Origin: Girardia tigrina
Taxonomy: Eukaryota
Assembly (NCBI GenBank): GCA_001938485.1
Contig: MQRK01179932.1
Coordinates: forward strand, 1 to 48,916
Direction: 5' to 3'
Length of the DNA: 48,916 nt
The notes under the pieces are model-generated. The model saw only the letters and a program-made list of their open reading frames with translations, ran no database searches and was not told the origin of the DNA. The position numbers and the translations under genes are program-made. Below are positions 1 through 11,252 of this stretch, one piece after another (the stretch's first letter is position 1; every line of letters starts with the position of its first letter).

Positions 1-647
1 GAATGGTGGTTTAATATGTGATGTTTGGAATACTTTTTCAGACTTAATTTTAGAATAGAATAGAACTTTTAGAATGAAGAACTCTTGAATGAAGACTTGT
101 ATCTCCAATATAGATAGACAACGAATGAGCACAAAGTACCAATCTAAAAGGAAGTATCATCGCATACGAGCAACCAATTCCTCTTTATAAAAGAAAATAA
201 GAAATGTTATTTTTACAGAAAAATATAAGAAATAAAAACTTTAAAATTTCATTTGGTTTTTCATAAAATATAATTTAAAAATAGTACTTATAATTTATTN
301 NNNNNNNNNNNNNNNNNNNNNNNNNNNNNNNNNNNNNNNNNNNNNNNNNTATATATATAGGTGGGATATGATTGAATGGTGGTTTAATATGTGATGTTTG
401 TAATTGAATAGAACTTTTAGAATGAAGAACTCTTGAATGAAGACTTGTATCTCCAATAGAGATAGACAACGAATGAGCACAAAGTACCAATCTAAAAGGA
501 AGTATCATCGCATACGAGCAACCAATTACTCTTTATAAAAGAAAATAAGAAATGTTATTTTTACAGAAAAATATAAGAAATAAAAACTTTAAAATTTCAT
601 TTGGTTTTTCATAAAATATAATTTAAAAATAGTACTTATAATTTATT
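1..647. repeat. Near-identical duplication (1-299 vs 374-647) flanking an N gap; probable uncollapsed haplotypes
   Basis: Both copies start gaatggtggtttaatatgtgatgtttg and end agtacttataatttatt. They differ by a ~25 bp indel and a few substitutions, and a 50-N gap lies between them. Confidence 0.85.
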
Positions 648-1300
648 TTGTATTCTATTATAATATTGCAAAAATATGTGTATTTTTTACTTAATTAGAC
701 CTAATCCTGTCTCTCAAATTATATTTCGGTTCATTTAATGCTGAGATAAATTGGAATAAAACTGTAAGGAAATTCGAGAAATATCTGTTATTTATTTAAA
801 ATACAATAAACTATATTTAATCTACATTTGAATTTCAATCGTATAAACATCAAATATAACTAAAATATTATGAAGGAAATATCTTCTAAAAAATATATTA
901 TTGAGTATATTATTGCTCAATTTACACATAATCTATGTCTCTCACTTTAACATTTTATATCACCACTACTTAATATTTATTCTTTGCTATGGAGGGCTGC
1001 TAAATATATAAATAACTCTTCCTTATGTTGTGTATTATATTTATCTCATGCCTAATTACGTGTTAATGTATCCCTCTTAACCATTCATTAATTGTGCAAA
1101 TTATGTCATACAAACCTTTCAAAGACTTTCCAATACAAAATTGTGGATACATTTTGATGTTCTCCCGGATAGGAGCACTTGTGTTTCAATTATAATGTAA
1201 TTCATTCCATAAAGAATATGGGTAACCCTTTCATATTGGTGTGATTTGAAAGAAATATTAATATAAGTAAATATAATAGAAAATTCTTCTAGGAAAATAA
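1..1300 (-). mobile_element. Highly decayed Penelope-like element remnant
   Basis: Minus-strand translations give ILYGM...VLLSG (~1150-1225, resembling the PLE RT YG.PK.H..RPI region) and SIYIGDTSLHSRV (~75-125, GIY-YIG-like YIG.T). Many stops and frameshifts. Confidence 0.4.
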
Positions 1301-1416
1301 AATATTAATTCAAAATGGCTTTAACTTATTCGCTATGAAAATTTAACTGTTCATTTAGTAATTTTATAAAACACTATTTTCAATTACTATAAATTGATAT
1401 TTTCCACTAAAAATAA

Positions 1417-2182
1417 GGTACCACGTTAAAACGTCGATATGTTAAAACATCGAAAAAAAGTTTGAATAAAACATTTAATGAAATGATATGTTATTAAATA
1501 ATGCTTAAGTGAGTAAATGTATAAATAAGTTAATGAAATTTCTAAATATACTTAAATTATTTTTTTGATCACCGAAAATGAAAATGAACTTACTGGGTAC
1601 GAATTCAGAATTCCACATAATCATCATAGAAAATTTCATCTTTTATTAAATTTCCATTTTATTTTACATTCTCATTTTAACACAATTACTTTAATTAACA
1701 TTGTAACGTACCACATTAATACGTCGAAAAAAACGTTGAAAAAAACATCGAAAAAAAACGATACCGATGGTTACGCGTCTCAAATATGCAACGTGCCTAG
1801 GAATACCATCGACGTCGATCGATGTCTCAGAGTTAACTCGTGATACCACCCATCTTCGCCGGTGCGATGTTCATCGAGCTCCACCCAGTTTCACGTAAAC
1901 TTGGTCATCTGGTGCAAACTCAGTTCCACGGTGCTGTTCATCCCTCTGTCTCATCATGTTGACGAATGGTGAAACCATTAGGAGAAAATAAATATGTGGT
2001 TTTTAACGAAAAATTAATAGCTTTTTTAATAGACCGAATCAATAGAAATCCAGAAACATATGTTTTGGAATTGGCTAGTTTTATTTATTATTAATAAATC
2101 TTTTTCGGCGTTTTTATTTTCGATGTTTTTATTACATCATAATTTTTCGACGTTTTATTTTTCGGTGTTTTAACGTGCCACG
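1417..2182. mobile_element. Non-autonomous DNA transposon with internally repetitive inverted ends (MULE/foldback-like)
   Basis: Left ends ccacgttaaaacgtcga..aaaacatcgaaaaa (~1420, and again ~1708) are inverted relative to the right end ttttcgacgttttattttcggtgttttaacgtgccacg (~2100-2182). The unit aaaac[ag][tc]cgaaaa is repeated. No clear TSD. Confidence 0.55.
1770..1980 (-). mobile_element. Ty3/gypsy-type integrase C-terminal fragment
   Basis: Minus-strand translation TEFAPDDQVYVKLGGAR*TSHRRRWVVSRVNSETSIDVDGIPRHVAYLRRV fits the F..GD.V.VK...VDG.PRH..LR tail of LTR-retrotransposon integrases. GC-richer than the flanks. Confidence 0.6.
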
Positions 2183-2451
2183 AAAAATAAATAATAATTA
2201 AATGTTTCGTAATGATATAGAATAAAATATATTCCGATTCTGGAATATTAATTTGGAAAAATCGTTTGTATAACAAAACCTGTTTATTATAAATCATAAA
2301 TAATTTTTCAAACATCATTTCAATTTTCAATGAATTCTAGTAATTATATCTTTATAGAACTGTATTTACAACCCTATATTTAAAATCGACAGGAAATTAT
2401 TTCTATTAAAATATGAAATTAACAAAACCACATGAAATTTACATATTACAG

Positions 2452-2515
2452 GCAAAACTACATTAGTGATTTGAGGATCCAAATGGTAGATATGTGGGGG
2501 AAGATATGGAGGGAG
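2452..2515 (+). CDS. Candidate small coding exon (QNYISDLRIQMVDMWGKIWRE)
   Basis: ttacag acceptor and a weak gttggg donor. Only one frame is open, and its phase is compatible with the next candidate exon. Confidence 0.35.
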
Positions 2516-2751
2516 GTTGGGTTATGTTAACCTAAAATAATTGTAATGATAACAGATTTAGTAGTTTATCGACCTAGAAATATTATATATTTAGTATTTG
2601 ATTGCTCAGAAAAAGGAATATATAAACATTCGTTGTGAAGTAATAAAGCTACGTACATAATTATATAACTAACGTCCAAATATTTATAATTGTCGTACGA
2701 AATATAGAATATCCATGTTTATATAAAATATTTAATGAAATGAATTGTCAG

Positions 2752-2789
2752 ATCACAATATCGTTATATCGGAATTCAATCATGCCGAG
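2752..2789 (+). CDS. Candidate 38-nt coding exon (ITISLYRNSIMP[R])
   Basis: tgtcag acceptor and a weak AG|gttgtt donor. It keeps the frame between 2452-2515 and 2988-3022. Confidence 0.3.
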
Positions 2790-2987
2790 GTTGTTAATAC
2801 AGTGAAACTTAAGCAGATTTTATGAATATGAAGATGGGCAACTGTAATTTAATTCATATGAAACTTTAAATTAAAATGGTTTTCTTTTACATACTAATTT
2901 TTATTTCGTCATGGGTTATCTTTTCAATGTGAAATTAAATGAGAGATATCTGTTTTATAATTATTTTACTTTTTTCGTTTTTTGTAG

Positions 2988-3022
2988 GGGTCATCCGTTC
3001 TACATTAAGGTTCAATCTATAG
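2988..3022 (+). CDS. Candidate 35-nt coding exon (GHPFYIKVQSI[G])
   Basis: Strong polypyrimidine acceptor tttttcgttttttgtag and AG|gtgaat donor. The phase-1 end joins the exon at 4041 in frame. Confidence 0.55.
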
Positions 3023-3123
3023 GTGAATAACGCCGATTATTTTTACAAATAAAACTTATTAAACTATAAAATATTAACAACATTTTAAATATTTTAAATG
3101 CTTTAAATATTTTGAACTAATAA

Positions 3124-3850
3124 CACTGGGAAATAAATTTTTTGTTGCATCCAAAAATACGTTTTCTTAAGTATCATTTTTGTGAAAACATAATAATTTT
3201 TCTAATTCATTAATCACATTAAGGCCCCAAAAGATATTTTTGCATTAAAATCTGTTTACAATTTTGAAATAAAACACATTAAAACACTTAAAATAATTGA
3301 AATTTATTTAATCATATATTTAGATGAAAAATTGCATTTTGAGTTCGGGTTTTAGTACTTGTTGAGGAGTACCTCGTTTGATATTCCATGAGTAGTCTCC
3401 ATCATAATATTGCCTCATAACCTCTGATAACGTTCTTCAATCGTCTGGATCTTGATGAAATTATTCGCCCAGCTCATCACTAATATCTCCAATATTTTCG
3501 GGAAATTTATCAAGGATGTAAAACTTAATGCTTATATTTCATCCATGTACTGCGTCTTTTACCCATACCCTTTGTATGGATTATACAAAAATATCAGTCA
3601 CGGCTATGGTTCTTAGTTTCACGTCTTTTTCTGCTCTCCTTTACTCCATTCACGAAGCATTTCCCCATAATTATTGGACACAATATGAGGAACCCACTTC
3701 TTTTCATGATCGTTCGAAAATAAGCAATAAATACACGTATCACAATAGTATATATTGTTCCTTTGCCGCTGAAGTGAGAAACGGCTTCAAATATAGCATA
3801 TGTTAAGGATATTCTGACATTTACGTTCACTCGAAGAAACAATGATTAAA
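3124..3850 (-). mobile_element. Internally deleted Chapaev3-like (CMC) DNA transposon remnant, inside the predicted intron 3023-4040
   Basis: Minus-strand translations: RKCQNILNICYI, KKWVPHIV..MLREW, RETKNHSRD*YFC, and LDKFPENIGDISDELGE*FHQD / EERYQ..DYSWNIKR. These match the SDE.GERFHQD..E.RYQG.W..ADYCW transposase motif. A CACTG terminus lies at 3124. The family name is from recall. Confidence 0.7.
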
Positions 3851-4040
3851 TCTAAAAAAAATAAACATTAAATTAAATCAAAAAAACTGTCATTAACTTA
3901 AAAAAAAACAAAAATTACATAAAAACTGGAGTTTGCATAAAAAATTTTAAGATTTTTAAGATTAAAACTTAAAACCAGTTCGTTATGAATTTTATAATGC
4001 TAAAGAAAATACATGATCATTAAAAATTTATGTTATTTAG

Positions 4041-4330
4041 GTTCAAACAACTATGTTTTGCTGCAGGCTATGCGTAATGGTAGCATGGGATTCGATATGA
4101 ATGGACAAGCTTCACTTCTACGCAATCCATTGTATTTATCCTACAGCTTAAACAATCCGGGTATTCAAAATGCAAATTTGATTTATGCTAATGAAGATAC
4201 CCTAAACCTTCGATCAACACATTTAGAAGATCAATTGGGTAGTGAACATTCATACAATTCCAATAGATCCCGCAATATGGGATTTGATCCTCTTCCCCCG
4301 ACTCTTCCAAATTTTGGTAGGTTTAGTTAA
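4041..4330 (+). CDS. Host coding exon, N/S/G-rich and likely disordered; ends either at the donor after 4316 or at the stop at 4330
   Basis: tgttatttag acceptor at 4039-4040 and a stop-free frame of ~96 codons with elevated GC. G|gtaggt donor at 4316/4317. AATAAA near 4476 if used as a last exon. Confidence 0.75.
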
Positions 4331-4559
4331 AATAAAAACTAAGTAGTTGAATTGGATTTCTTTCCTGTTGAATATATATATAATGTATATATGTATATAT
4401 AATGTTTATAGTGATGTGTTTGATAATACTTAAAGTGTTATTGATAAAATGAAATCCGGATTATAATTTTCTATGAATAAAAAAATTCATCCATTTAAAA
4501 ATTGACAATCTATTTCGACAGATCAAGAATCATCTTCACTGATTACTAATTAATTCGCC

Positions 4560-5050
4560 TGTATATAAATACAAAAATGATGATTATGTAATCGATTGCA
4601 TGAAATAACGCTAATCATAAATTCTCAATAAACTGAGACAGTGTCGAAGTTGAGAGTGCCGATTGTACATTGTTTTTAGGTTAAAATTTATGCTTACACA
4701 GAATTTTGGAATTATCAATATTAAAACTACTAAGAACAAAGTGTTAAACGTGTAATAGATTTATTACTGAACATATTTTGAATTTTTTGAGATCGTGATA
4801 TAATTTTTAAATTTAATTCTTTGTTAAAACAGCTTTTAAGAATGCATTTTCAAAGTTTTTAAATTCTTCAGAATAAGGTACAATTAAACAATATTTTGGC
4901 ATATTAATATATAATGACACTTCGATTTCTTTCCTAGATCCATCCAACACTAAACTATGATTTTTCAAATGCATGGAAGTATCAAATATATTTTCAAATG
5001 GATTAATTTTATCAGTGTTAATGTTAATAATTTCCTGGCAAAAGTATATA
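4560..5050 (-). mobile_element. Decayed Penelope-like element 3' part
   Basis: Minus-strand LIVPYSEEFK...KIISRSQKIQNMFSNKS (RT-endonuclease linker-like) and FNIDNSKILCKH (GIY-YIG tail-like). A decayed HHR-like motif follows at 4507-4544. Confidence 0.45.
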
Positions 5051-5066
5051 AATCAGTAATATAGTG

Positions 5067-5068
<2 letters not shown>

Positions 5069-5100
<32 letters not shown>

Positions 5101-5166
5101 NNNNNNNNNNNNNNNNNNNNNNNNNNNNNNNNNNNNNNNNNNNNNNNNNNATATATATATATATAT
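5069..5166. repeat. (AT)n microsatellite spanning an N gap
   Basis: Direct observation. Confidence 0.95.
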
Positions 5167-5559
5167 TAATTTGTTTATTTAAAAGTTCATTTCTTAACAT
5201 TAATTAATACTTTTTTTAATTATCAAACTTTTTTTATTATCTCTATGATTCATAAAATCTTAATTGATTTCCCACAATTTTATCCATTTAATTTAAAATA
5301 ATTTTGCTGAAAAATGATTATATATTTTATTTTTTATATAATAAATATAATTTTTTAATTTTCCAAAAATAAATAATTAATATATTAAAGTGAAATTTAG
5401 TTTTGTTACATTTGGAATCAATGAAATTTTTAGTTTTTGTTTTTTTATAATATAAATATTTTTATCGATTTTTTATATTGTATGTATTGATTTAAAAAAT
5501 AAAAGTATCAAATATTGTTTCCCACACTAGATTAATAGGTCAAAGCTGGCTTAGATCCA

Positions 5560-6200
5560 TTGAAAGTCAAACATTTTTACTCTAAGAATATCATTTTGCT
5601 ACTCTAAAGTTGCCAGAATTTCGAATGGCGATAGTTTAAAATATTGAAGAATCATCACTTTGATATTATTCTTTTCATAGTTTCAGAACTTTTTGTCTTT
5701 CTGTTTTCGTTTTTTATCTTTGCAGATTCAAGTGGTATCGTTAGTTAAATAAGTACGGTTTTCTGTATATTGTGATCTTCAAACTCTTGCACTTATTCGA
5801 CTATTTATGAATAAGTATTGATGCGGATTTAAAACTTAGTGTTCAGAAAATGAATTGATATATTACCAACGACAGATGTAAATGTTTATATATATGATTA
5901 TACTTATATATTCTGTCTATTTTAAGTTGGGTTGTCTAAGTTCATAAAAATGAAGGCTACCAAAATTAGCTATAGAACAGTGCTCTTGATTATTGTCATG
6001 ACATTTTTATTGAAGATGGCTAAAACTCTTTAGTCAGAGTGAAGCATATTTTATCACTAAATGTTATACTTTTTGTGAAAGAAGTACTTTGGCCTTATGC
6101 ACTATTATATAAAGATTTATTATTTATCTGATCCATTTATTGTCGCGTACAAAGGTGACCATTCCAACAATCGAATATTGAAAAAGAAATAATATGCATA
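5560..6200 (-). mobile_element. Decayed Penelope-like element fragment
   Basis: Minus-strand SPLYAT (~6135-6165), NISIHFLN (~5845-5870), LKITIYRKP (~5755-5783, PLE thumb T.VYRKPT) and FEILAT (~5605-5625). Confidence 0.45.
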
Positions 6201-6349
6201 TATGTATAAATAAAATCATTTAAATTAAAAACACCATGTGTTAATGTAAATAATCAATATCGGAAGATTTAAATTAGTAGATATAAAAATTTATTGAAGA
6301 ATAATTTGTCTATCTTCGTATCGCAAGCCTATATGAAAAAAATGATAAT

Positions 6350-7000
6350 ATAATTTTGTCTGAAAATGTCTATTTCAAATCTAAGTTATTCGAATCATTG
6401 TCATATTCTAATACCATTTATTTTTCAACTCCCGAAATCAGCACATTTACAAATATACAGATTGGATCTACAGCACAAAGAAATTTCAACTATTATAATT
6501 TGTGGATTAAAGTACTTCGTTCCATTAAGGTATTATATCTATACCATCATATTTGACGGTTATTTAATACTAATTCGATTTTTATTAATTAATAGTAGAT
6601 TTAATAATAAAAGAGAATAACCCATTTAAAATTTTTATCGAAAACATGGTTCGCCGTTATGCATCATAAGTTCTGAATTCTAATCAACTGCTAATAATTG
6701 TATACTCCATTAAGTCATTCATGTCATACGTTAAAAATACTTTAATATGATTGGATGAATTACTTTGCACATTTTCACTAGGTTCCAAAAACTTAATTAA
6801 CTGCTTTAGTAATATACCCCTCGTAATTATAATCAAGGTTACTGATCAAAGCGCGAAATTACTGTCATGTCCTTTCCTACAATTTCCATGATAACATAAT
6901 TGAGCTATTTTCACTCAATTAAGTCTTTTCAGCAATTCTAATACGGAGATGACTATTTGTTTCTCTGATATACAAGGATTCACACTTGTGATATTTATAT
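6350..7000 (-). mobile_element. Decayed Penelope-like RT fragment
   Basis: Minus-strand VFLTYDMNDL, HNGEPCF...MGYSL (F.FNG..Q..G..MGSPL-like), WYRY and FEIDIFRQ occur in the expected RT motif order. Confidence 0.5.
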
Positions 7001-8823
7001 TGGTAATCATGATCAGTTTTCATACCCATTGTTGTTTTGGTTTTATTAGACAAAAAGTTAAAGATTTTATTAGTTGAAAATAGTAATTTAATTTTAACTA
7101 ATGTAGCATGTTTCTCTAGTACACGTTTGAAATCTTTTGCTCCTTCTGAAAACGGAAATTTTAAAAGTAATTTCGCTGTATATTTCCCTTGCTCTTATTC
7201 TATAAAGGCGAAAAATGTTTCAAAAAAATAAAAATTAAAATTACATTATCTTTTATTATTTACAATTAATGCTGATTTTGACTATTAGGATTTGATTATC
7301 TCATTTCTCTTTTCCTTGTTATAATGATATTATTCCTTCTTTTTTATATATTTTATTGAATTTATTTTTAATTATAAAAACGTTTCTAAATCTAATGTCC
7401 AGTAATCATTTATTTTAGATTTTTTTTGATAAGATAATAATATAAGTTACATAAGATAATAATATAAATCTGGATTATGTTCTTTATGCTTAAAAAAATC
7501 ATTCGACCATATTATTTCTGGAGGACTAACAAAGCCTCTTACACCTTCAAACTACCTGATAAGAGGTTTTTACTAAATTACGTATGAAATCTTTAGAAAA
7601 TAGATGAAACGTCGACATAACGGGATTTTATAATTCCAGTAAAAAATTAGTTGAACAAAATTAACTGTAATATTATGGCAAAGGTGCATAAGATTTGAAG
7701 ATATGTATTTTATACATAAGTTTTTTTCAGATTACTTTTTAAGATTGTGTTTTTCTTTTAAGGATATTAATAATAATTAGAAATTTTCATAATGTTATTA
7801 TTATTATTATTCTTTGTTTAAGATAATTAAATTAAATAATTAATTTTAGATATTATTTAATTAATTAAAATTTTATTTATTTATAACAATCTATAAATGT
7901 AAAAAATACGCAAAATAAAATATATTTAATAAGATAAATTAAATCATACATATTTCAAATATATTTAAAATAAATAAAATTAAATATTTTCTCTTAATAA
8001 AATGTTTTTCGTGAAATAATTTTCCATTAATCGAAAAATAATTTTTTGCGCAGTTTTTTTTCATTCTGACTTCTTTTGTAGAGAACCGTTTGAATTCTCA
8101 GTATAATTATTATTTCAATATAAACATAAAGGGATAATCATTATAATTGGAATTTTTATTCTACTTAAATATTAATGAGTTTCGATTTCTAAACTGTTTC
8201 AAATATCTTTTTCTTACTAATAGAAAACCATTTCTTTTATTTTCAATATTTTGGTAGGAAAAACGGAATTATTTTATTAAATTTGATACTATTTATTTAG
8301 TAAAAATCAAATACAATCGTAAAGCTTCTTTTGAAGAAAAAAACGAACAGAATCATTTATAATTTATTATTTAAGATGTTGATAATTTTATTTTTTTGAT
8401 ACTTTTCTGAATAAAATTTTTTAAGAATAAATAATTTTTAGGTAAAACATTTCAAAAATAGACTTTTGGAACATTTGTGTTAAAACCATTTACTGTAAAA
8501 TTAAAAAAAATTTGAATTCAATAAAGTCATAATTAGCTCAAATGTTTGGTTGCCTTAATGATAACTAATAAATATATAACAAAATATATTATGGTCGATG
8601 AAAGATAAAACTGGATGCAAACCATAACTGTGAAGCTTAAGAGAATTTGAGGTCTTGCAAAGGAAATGTTATTTTTTTGAAAAGATATAATAATTTTTGA
8701 TTTTCATATTTTTTAAGTAATTCTTATATAATTTAAATTAAAACTTTTATGTAATTTCTTTTTTTATTTCAATAATTTATAATTATATTATAACAAATAA
8801 TAATTAAATAATTTCTTTGATGA

Positions 8824-8967
8824 CATGATTATTGAAATATTATATTAGCGTTTATTCATTTAAATATTATCATTTTAAAGGAAAATAATTTGTTTAATCT
8901 TATGCTAATGTCTAGAAAAGAACAAAAAACAGTTACAAAAGAAATATATGATTTAATTATTTCGATG

Positions 8968-9015
<48 letters not shown>

Positions 9016-10166
9016 NNNNNNNNNNNNNNNNNNNNNNNNNNNNNNNNNNNNNNNNNNNNNNNNNNTATATATATATATATATATATCTGAAATTTTGAAC
9101 TTAGGTAGAAACACAGTTCGAAAACACTTCCTAAATCAGGAAACAAGTTGCGAATTTAAGATTCATTTAGATAAACGCATCGAAACTTACCGATTACGCA
9201 ACCCAACACTGTCGGATGTCGAACACTTTTTAACTTAATTTCCTGCAATAATATTCAAATTCAAAAAAGCTAATAATATTCATGAATTAAATTCAGTGCA
9301 ACTTTCCCTATCAACAGAAAACTAGCAAGTATGAAAATTATTCAAAAAAGATTATCATGGGTACCGATTGAGAGAAACACACCGGAAAAAATTAATGCTA
9401 GAGCTATTTCTACAATGGAGCTTTCGAGATTTTCCGATGAAAATCTTGTTTTTCTTGATGAAACGGCGATTTAACGCACACACACAGCGAACAGTTATTC
9501 CATCGAAAATACTAAAGCCTATATCAGTTTGCCGATCAATAAAGGAGTAAATCGCAGTTTGATGTGCACCAATTTTATTATTTTAGAAATATATCAATGA
9601 CGCTTGTAATTCAGAATTGAATTTTTAAGCCAAGGACTTGGCGACTATTTAAATCGTATTCCAAGTAAAATTATTATCATGGAGAATGCGACGTTTCACA
9701 AATCAAATAGCGTGAAACAATATTTAACATCGCGAAATATCTCTTACAAAATTTTGGTTCGTTTTTATCCGGAACTAAATCCAATAGAGGAATTTTTTGC
9801 AATGATAAAAGCTAGGTACAACTCGCAGAAAAATGCACCACCACATTGCACAATCGAGGAAATTTTAGATGCAACTAATCGGTTGTCAATGACGTTTAAC
9901 TACAGTTCCAAGGTTTTTATAGAAACATGAGGAATTGACTGGAGAAAGCAAGAATGAGAGAACCGTTTATATAAAAAAAATTATTCAAAATGAACGCTTT
10001 TTAATATTTTAATGTATTTACCTTTTTTAATAATTCTTTTTCTATGTTATTTAAATAAATATATATGTTTTGTACATTTCTACTTATATTTTAAAATGCT
10101 TGTATTAAATTGAATAAACGCTAATATTAAAATCAATAAACGCTAATATATAATTGAATAACCCTG
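8824..10166 (+). mobile_element. IS630/Tc1-type DDE transposon, defective
   Basis: VFLDET (~9447-9465) and IIMENATFHKS...FYPELNPIEEFFAMIK (9673-9810). The right end aataaacgctaatatataattgaataaccctg|TA matches a degenerate inverted left end catgattattgaaatattatattagcgtttatt at 8824. Confidence 0.8.
8970..9087. repeat. (AT)n microsatellite spanning an N gap, inside the Tc1-type element
   Basis: Direct observation. Confidence 0.95.
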
Positions 10167-11182
10167 TAAATTAAAAAAAATAATGACAATATAAATTTTA
10201 TAATTATTTTTTATAACAAAAAAATATTCATCCTTAAACAAGAAAAACTTTTAATTAAAATATTAAAAAATGGAAATAATAAGAAAAAATATTTTTTATT
10301 CTATTAACAATTTTTTAAATCAATTTTCTATTTTATTATTTTAGTAAAATTTTCGAAAAATGAATATTCTTTAAAAATAATATAATTAATTTATATTAAT
10401 ATTTATCTAAATTATTATAAAATATTCTTAGAATTATTTTCTTTAATTTATTTATTCTTTGTCGAAATGTGATAAATCGACAAACAAACTCGATGTCTAG
10501 ATGAAAAAAGATAAATTTATGCGATTATTCGATTATTTATTTATAACGAGATATCAAATAAATAAAATTATAAAATGTTTTTCTGTAACAAAATACAAGT
10601 GTTTTATATTAGTTATATAAAAATTTGCTAGTAGAACTTATAGTTTTTTTATGTTAAAGTTTTATAAAAAACATTTTGAAGAATAGATTAATAATAATTA
10701 ATTATTTTAATAACAATATGTTATTGTATAAATTATCTATCCAACATCAATTATCATTTATGATTATTAATATATAAATTATTATTATAAAGTTATCTTA
10801 TATATAAAGTAGAAAGTTTGTCTACTTTTTTGTCTCTCTGATAACAAGGCGTCTTTATACCACGTTGCCTAAATGTTCTCCTCGTCAAGAAGAACATCAA
10901 CAGCTACTTTCTTTTAAACAAAAATTAATGTACCACCGAAGAAAAATATGATTTCTTCATACTTTTTAAATTTTGAATAAAACAGAATAAATCAAAATGG
11001 AGATTATTGGAAAAAACTAAAGTGAATTTACATTTTATTTAGCAATTTAAATGCAATTTTAATTATTCAAAAAATTAGGCTGTTCGATCAACTGATTACA
11101 ATTTAAATTAAAATGAACAAAACTATTGAAAATTATGCCTAGAAAAATTGTCTCAGTGTATCTGGAATAAAAACATATTTAA

Positions 11183-11252
11183 CCCTTTCGGTCCTTTCGG
11201 TACATATATGTACCACAAAATTATAGAATATTTGTATTCAGGACTGAAAGGG
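11183..11252. mobile_element. 70-bp piggyBac-type MITE
   Basis: TTAA|CCCTTTCGGTCCT...AGGACTGAAAGGG|TTAA: 13-bp TIRs with one mismatch, CCC termini and a TTAA TSD. Confidence 0.8.

Noticed and set aside
275-508. ORFs running through N gaps or (AT)n (also 8856-9146, 18751-18949, 47209-47427)
   Set aside because: They are open only because of Ns or YI repeats.
4507-4544. HHR-like motif on the minus strand (AATC..GTGAAGA..GAAATA GATT)
   Set aside because: C3 is lost, stem III is absent and stem II is poor. It is used only as weak support for the adjacent PLE.
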